Source: a candidate division FCPU426 bacterium
GTDB lineage: Bacteria; Oederibacteriota; PGYV01; Palsa-1178
Direction: 5' to 3'
Length of the DNA stretch: 64,000 nucleotides
Assembly (NCBI GenBank): GCA_963840035.1
Contig: CAWIXE010000002.1
Coordinates: 1,504,001-1,568,000, forward strand
Shown here in pieces: positions 59,178 to 64,000 of this stretch. The position numbers were made by a program, and so were the translations under genes. Numbering within the stretch: the stretch's first letter is position 1; every line of letters begins with the position of its first letter. Under the pieces are notes generated by a model. It worked only from the letters and a program-made list of their open reading frames with translations, ran no database searches and was not told the DNA's origin.

Positions 59178-60688
59178 TTTTCAACAACAAACTCAACATT
59201 AACCGAATAAATATTATTACTATTATTTGAGATCAAGTTTTGAATCATATTTTCAATTATCAGTTTAAGATTTTCTTGCTTTATTGACAACATTCCTGGG
59301 TGTGTTATTCTAATTTCTAAGTCAGCCCCGATCTCATTATCACCCCTTACTCTATCAAACATTTTTTTCCTTACTGACACGCCATGTTGTCCAATTTCAT
59401 CATTTAGTTTGTTAGTAATTGCCTCTTTAATTTTTAGAAAATTAGGAGGGACCTTCATTTTTGGCGAAACCGAAACATCAACAAAGCAACAAATTCCAAA
59501 AACTTTTTTCCCGACTTTAAAATAAAACGGAAGACTGTTTACAGAAATATTATATTTTATGTCCGTTATTCTTTCTTCATTAATATAAAATCCCCCGCTT
59601 TTCACTTTTTCATTGGCTTCAGTATTTGAATTAGCCGCATCAACAGCACGTATTAATTCAGCAGGAAATATAACATCTTTGTTAAAATTCCAAAACAACC
59701 TCCGTCCATCTTCATATGGTATTTCCTTATTTGACCCAAATGATTTTTCAAAATATTCTTTACCAAACTCTGCTTGATTTAAACCTAAATATTTCTGTAC
59801 AATTTCAAAAGCAAGCCTTTTTTTAATATCTCTCGGGTTTGTATTTCCGTTCTTCATGGATCTTTCCATGCTGTCTATCTCGTCTATCTCAACTGATGTA
59901 AGCAGTTCATAGTAATTCCTGATTAGTTCGTCCGGAATAGACATTACCTTGCCGTACATATCCTCGGGTTTGTCGTTAAGCCCTATGTAGTTTCCCAACG
60001 ACTTTGACATTTTGTTCTTTCCGTCAAGTCCGAGAAGGATCGGAGTAAACATGCCTACCTGCGGCTCCATTCCCGACTCGCGCTGCAGGAACCTTCCCGC
60101 GATCACGTTAAAGCGCTGGTCTGTCCCGCCTATTTCTATATCCGCCTTTATCATGACCGAATCATATCCCTGCATTACAGGGTACATCATTTCCTGAAGT
60201 GTCAGCGGCCTGCCTTCCTTATAACGTTTGTCAAAAGTATCATGCTCAAGCATCTGGGCAAGGGTGAATTTTGAAACAAGTTTTAGCGTGTCGGCAAATG
60301 TCAGCTTTTCAAACCACGTCCCGTTAAAGACTATGTCCAGGTTTTCTTTGCTTAATATCTTATAAACCTGCTCTTTGTATGTAGCTACGTTCTCAAGTAT
60401 CTGCTCTCGCGTCAAAGGAGGCCTGCCCGAGGTCTTGCCGCTGGGGTCTCCTACCATGGCTGTATAGTCCCCTATAATAAGGATAACCTTATGCCCCATA
60501 TCCTGAAACTGCCTTAATTTATTTAAGGTAACCGTATGCCCGAGATGTATGTCCGCGGAAGTAGGGTCAATGCCGAGCTTTATCACAAGCGGTTTGCCTG
60601 TTTTTAACTTCTTTAGCAGGTCCTCCTCCGTGACTATATCGACAACTCCGCGTTTAAGTACTTTTAACTGCTCTTCAGTTGATAACAC
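59174..60688 (-). CDS. tyrS: Tyrosine--tRNA ligase with an extra ~100-aa C-terminal domain
   Basis: GIDPT..DIHLGH, YP.MQGYD, GGTDQ.FN, KMSKS, S4-like ...KVGKK.F. Confidence 0.96.
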   Translation of the reverse strand: MLSTEEQLKVLKRGVVDIVTEEDLLKKLKTGKPLVIKLGIDPTSADIHLGHTVTLNKLRQFQDMGHKVILIIGDYTAMVGDPSGKTSGRPPLTREQILENVATYKEQVYKILSKENLDIVFNGTWFEKLTFADTLKLVSKFTLAQMLEHDTFDKRYKEGRPLTLQEMMYPVMQGYDSVMIKADIEIGGTDQRFNVIAGRFLQRESGMEPQVGMFTPILLGLDGKNKMSKSLGNYIGLNDKPEDMYGKVMSIPDELIRNYYELLTSVEIDEIDSMERSMKNGNTNPRDIKKRLAFEIVQKYLGLNQAEFGKEYFEKSFGSNKEIPYEDGRRLFWNFNKDVIFPAELIRAVDAANSNTEANEKVKSGGFYINEERITDIKYNISVNSLPFYFKVGKKVFGICCFVDVSVSPKMKVPPNFLKIKEAITNKLNDEIGQHGVSVRKKMFDRVRGDNEIGADLEIRITHPGMLSIKQENLKLIIENMIQNLISNNSNNIYSVNVEFVVEK

Positions 60689-60710
60689 GTATACCTCCGT
60701 AGTATGGGTT

Positions 60711-60782
60711 TATAGCCCAAAGCTCATAGCCCAAGTATCAAAACAACTTGAGCTCTGGGCTCTGGGCTTTGGCCTTTTAGCT
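60711..60782. repeat. Inverted pair of heptamer arrays (GGGCTCT family)
   Basis: AGCCCAA AGCTCAT AGCCCAA ... TGAGCTC TGGGCTC TGGGCTT TGGCCTT; same family at 31021-31040. Confidence 0.8.
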
Positions 60783-60794
60783 TATATCCTGCCC

Positions 60795-62351
60795 TCAATG
60801 CCTGAAATGCCTTACTCCCGTAAACACCATCGCGATTCCCTTTTCATCCGCGCAGGCTATGGAATCCGCGTCCCTTACCGAGCCTCCGGGCTGGATTATG
60901 GCAGATATCCCGGCCGCGGACGCGGCTTCAACATTATCCTTGAACGGGAAGAAAGCGTCTGAAGCCAGAACCGCCCCCTTTGCCTTGTCCCCTGCGTTCT
61001 TTATCGCGATTGCCATGGCGCCGACCCTATTGGTCTGGCCCGGCCCTATGCCGACTGCCACGCCGTTTTTCGCTATTACTATGGCGTTCGACTTTACATA
61101 CTGGCAGACTTTCCAGGCGAACTCCATATCCTTCATCTGCCCCGCGTCAGCGGTTTTTTTCGTTACTGTCTTCATTTCGGATTTGTCGACTTCTTTCCTG
61201 TCAGCTTCCTGCACAAGCAGGCCGCCAGTTACTTTCCTTATGTCCATATACTGAATCCCTTTTCCAATAGTCCTTTTTAGGTCGCCGCACTTCATAATCC
61301 TTATATTCTTCTTCTTTTTCAGTATCTCAAGGGCCTCGGCGTCAAAATCAGGGGCTATAATGACTTCCATGAACATCTTTTCCACATTGTCCGCTATACC
61401 TTTTGTGCATTTTCTATTAAGCGCGCAGATGCCGCCATATGCCGAAAGCGGGTCCGCCTCATAGGCTTTTACATACGCGTCGGTAATATCCGCGCTTATC
61501 GCGACACCGCACGGGTTCGCGTGTTTGATGACGACCGCTGCCGGGTCATCGAAGGCCTTAACTATTGTGAGCGCCGCGTCCATGTCATAAATGTTATTGA
61601 ACGAAAGTTCCTTACCGTGCAGCTGTTCGCAGTTTCCAGGTCCGGTCTCGGGGAAATCAGGGAAAACATAAAAAGCGGCCTTCTGGTGAGGATTCTCGCC
61701 GTAGCGCATTTCCTGCTTTTTGTCGGCTGAGATTATGACCCTGTCAGAAATACCGTCAATGCCCAGTATCCTTGTCTCAAGGTAGTTTGATATATAAGTA
61801 TCGTAGTCTGCCGTGGTCTTGTAGGCTTTCACCCTTAGGTAGTTCAGGGTTTCAGGTGTTACCCCGTCAGCTTTCATCTCAGCCGTGACTTTCGGGTAAT
61901 CGGCCTTGTCTGTAAGAACAACCACAGACTGCGCGTTTTTCGCGGCCGACCTTATCATGGACGGCCCGCCGATGTCTATGTTCTCAATGACGTCTTCTAT
62001 GGATATCCCCGGTTTCTTGATAACCTGCTTGAAGGGATAAAGGTTGATAACAACCATATCAATTGTCTTAATCCCGTGCTTTTCTATGGTTTCCATATGT
62101 TCCTTGTTCTCGCGGAGCGCAAGAAGCCCGCCGTGCACTTTCGGGTGTAGTGTCTTTACCCTTCCGTCGAGCATCTCAGGGAACCCGGTGACGTCGGAAA
62201 TATCAAGCACATCAAGGCCCGCGTCCTTAAAAGCCTTCTTAGTCCCGCCGGTCGATATGATTTCGACACCCATCGCCTTAAGTTCCTTGGCGAATTCAAT
62301 AATGCCGTCCTTGTCTGAAACAGAGATCAAAGCGCGTTTTACCTTTAACAT
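60795..62351 (-). CDS. purH: Bifunctional AICAR formyltransferase / IMP cyclohydrolase
   Basis: ALISVSDK, GRVKTLHP, IDIGGP, RYGENPHQ, ASDAFFPF, RHFRH. Confidence 0.98.
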   Translation of the reverse strand: MLKVKRALISVSDKDGIIEFAKELKAMGVEIISTGGTKKAFKDAGLDVLDISDVTGFPEMLDGRVKTLHPKVHGGLLALRENKEHMETIEKHGIKTIDMVVINLYPFKQVIKKPGISIEDVIENIDIGGPSMIRSAAKNAQSVVVLTDKADYPKVTAEMKADGVTPETLNYLRVKAYKTTADYDTYISNYLETRILGIDGISDRVIISADKKQEMRYGENPHQKAAFYVFPDFPETGPGNCEQLHGKELSFNNIYDMDAALTIVKAFDDPAAVVIKHANPCGVAISADITDAYVKAYEADPLSAYGGICALNRKCTKGIADNVEKMFMEVIIAPDFDAEALEILKKKKNIRIMKCGDLKRTIGKGIQYMDIRKVTGGLLVQEADRKEVDKSEMKTVTKKTADAGQMKDMEFAWKVCQYVKSNAIVIAKNGVAVGIGPGQTNRVGAMAIAIKNAGDKAKGAVLASDAFFPFKDNVEAASAAGISAIIQPGGSVRDADSIACADEKGIAMVFTGVRHFRH

Positions 62352-62382
62352 AAAGCCTCCATATTAATTACGTTTTTTTATA

Positions 62383-62443
62383 GTAGGGGCGATTCATGAA
62401 TCGCCCGCCTTTCCACGTCGGGCAATTCGTGAATTGCCCCTGC
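62383..62443. repeat. REPIN-like inverted REP doublet
   Basis: Near-identical to 9178-9238. Confidence 0.9.
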
Positions 62444-62477
62444 AGTATCCAACATTGAGCCGCAGCAAGCGGCGGCT

Positions 62478-62822
62478 CTACAAATTCTTATAATCCTTAA
62501 GAACCTCTTTTGCTTTTACTAAATCCTCTTTGTTCACTATTATTGTCCCGTATTTCCTGCTGCTAAAAAGCCCTCCGAGCGGCAACCTTGAATGAGGAAG
62601 CACATTCGACCTCATAAAACTGTGAATGCCTTCCTGCATGAGCATGTCCCGGAGTATCTGTGATTCCATGTCATTATTCACTTCAGTGAGTTCAGCCACC
62701 TGTATGTCGGGAAGATCGCTTTCATCCTCGTCGACAGGATTATCGGCAACCAATTCCACCTTGCAGTCAGGACATGTTTTAATGCCTTCCTTATATTCAT
62801 AAAAACAATTAGGGCAGAACAT
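62478..62822 (-). CDS. Zn-ribbon plus DUF2007-like (putative signal-transducing) protein
   Basis: MFCPNC.YEY..G...CPDC...LV; E..IL...L..EGI; I.V..ED...A...L. Confidence 0.75.
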   Translation of the reverse strand: MFCPNCFYEYKEGIKTCPDCKVELVADNPVDEDESDLPDIQVAELTEVNNDMESQILRDMLMQEGIHSFMRSNVLPHSRLPLGGLFSSRKYGTIIVNKEDLVKAKEVLKDYKNL

Positions 62823-62823
62823 G

Positions 62824-63210
62824 CTATTCCAAACCCATCGACTTGCGAAGATCTTTTACTACTTCCATAGCCGCACCTTTTTTCTTCTTATTCACGGCAA
62901 CAGTACCTTCCCATCCATGCGGATTGTGTAAAGCAAACAAACCTGCCGCCCTCGAAACAAGAGGCATTAATGATTCATCATTATTAATCGTCTTCTGTTT
63001 TAACATGCATTCTATCCCGTTTTGTTTTAACGCCGCCATCAGAACATCTGCTTCAGCCTGATTTTGCACCATTGCCAGATCAACCGTTTCGATTTCTTCC
63101 GCTTTCTCTATTTTTTGTTCTTTCGGTAAAGCATTAACTAGTTTCTTACCACAATCAGGACACAAACTCACTCCGTCAACATATTCATATCTACAATTAG
63201 GACAGAACAT
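62824..63210 (-). CDS. Zn-ribbon plus DUF2007-like protein (paralog)
   Basis: [11 protein letters not shown]...CPDC...LV; EA.....L..NGI. Confidence 0.72.
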   Translation of the reverse strand: MFCPNCRYEYVDGVSLCPDCGKKLVNALPKEQKIEKAEEIETVDLAMVQNQAEADVLMAALKQNGIECMLKQKTINNDESLMPLVSRAAGLFALHNPHGWEGTVAVNKKKKGAAMEVVKDLRKSMGLE

Positions 63211-63216
63211 ACACAC

Positions 63217-63840
63217 CTACTTTTTTATATATACGTGCCTTCCTTTGATCTCGAGTTTATCCGCACAAAAGAGCTTTACCGCTTCCATATACGCTTCATG
63301 TTCAAACGGCAGTATTCTTTTCTGGAGCGTTTCCGGCGTATCCCCCTGCTCCACATGGACCGCTTTCTGTATAATAATCGGGCCCGTATCGGTTCCGTAG
63401 TCCACAAAGTGGACGGTACAGCCCGACACTTTCACGCCGTGGGCAATGGCCGCCTCGTGCACGTGAAGGCCGTACATGCCCGGGCCGCCAAAGGCGGGCA
63501 GAAGCGCGGGATGGACGTTTATGATCTTACCTTTGAAATTATCAAGAAATACCTTTGTCAGGATCTTCATATACCCGGCCAGGCAAACAAGGTCAATATT
63601 GCTTTCATTCATCATGCCTGCCAGCGCTTTATCATATTCCTCCGCAGAGGCAAAATCCTTTGGATTTAAGTATAAAGCCTTGATTTTATGCTTTTCAGCC
63701 CGCTGAAGGCCGTATGCATCTTTTTTGTTGGAGAAAACCAGCTCAATGGCCCCTCCTATAATATAACCGGATTCCACGGCATCTATTAAAGCCTGCAGGT
63801 TTGTCCCGCCTCCGGATACAAATACCGCTATTTTTTTCAT
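63217..63840 (-). CDS. purN: Phosphoribosylglycinamide formyltransferase
   Basis: SGGGTNLQA, LAGYMKIL, INVHPALLP.FGG, GCTVHFV...D.GPII. Confidence 0.97.
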   Translation of the reverse strand: MKKIAVFVSGGGTNLQALIDAVESGYIIGGAIELVFSNKKDAYGLQRAEKHKIKALYLNPKDFASAEEYDKALAGMMNESNIDLVCLAGYMKILTKVFLDNFKGKIINVHPALLPAFGGPGMYGLHVHEAAIAHGVKVSGCTVHFVDYGTDTGPIIIQKAVHVEQGDTPETLQKRILPFEHEAYMEAVKLFCADKLEIKGRHVYIKK

Positions 63841-63847
63841 TTTGCTC

Positions 63848-64000
63848 CTAATTACCCGTTTTTTTAAGGGCTTTTTCTGTATCTAAACCGCCTGTTTTAG
63901 CCAGTTTCTGCGCTTCAAGCATGCATTTTTTAGCGTTAACAGGGTCATTATACGACTTATAAACCGAACCCAGGTTATAATAATAATCTTTATTGGGATT
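63848..64000 (-). CDS. C-terminal fragment of a TPR-like protein (5' part outside the window)
   Basis: Manual translation ...DYYYNLGSVYKSYND..NAKKCMLEAQKL... stop TAG at 63848. Confidence 0.55.
   Translation of the reverse strand, partial: NPNKDYYYNLGSVYKSYNDPVNAKKCMLEAQKLAKTGGLDTEKALKKTGN

Noticed and set aside
3387..60782. Short repeats as a CRISPR array
   Set aside because: No constant 23-47 nt repeat with regular unique spacers, and no cas genes.

Overview
Core chromosome of a probably diderm bacterium (outer-membrane beta-barrel, PpiD); the lineage cannot be assigned from sequence alone. About 36 kb (11.9-47.6 kb, minus strand) is a nearly uninterrupted translation/transcription superoperon: tRNA-Thr, tuf, rpmG, tRNA-Trp, secE, nusG, rplKAJL, rpoBC, a small accessory insert, then str, S10, spc and alpha genes, with fba immediately downstream. 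The left flank has a sugar ABC transporter, ccdA-tlpA and a REP-punctuated run of accessory genes including a RelBE-type TA pair. The right flank has ppiD and a long minus-strand run: purN, two DUF2007-like genes, purH, tyrS, NUDIX, EndoQ-like, LOG, HAD, glycosyltransferases, methyltransferase, amrS, maf. I saw no CRISPR array, prophage, integrase or transposase. The unexplained structure is mostly non-coding: (1) about 23 short 7-bp-period tandem arrays of several sequence families, nearly all anchored at stop codons and often paired as inverted arms; (2) all three tRNAs have a 3' hairpin that pairs with their own CCA end; (3) GTAG-type REP/REPIN elements bracket individual accessory genes. 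Coding oddities: a frameshifted rplQ, a tyrS with an AT-rich and extended 3' end, and EF-Tu with a non-canonical switch I.
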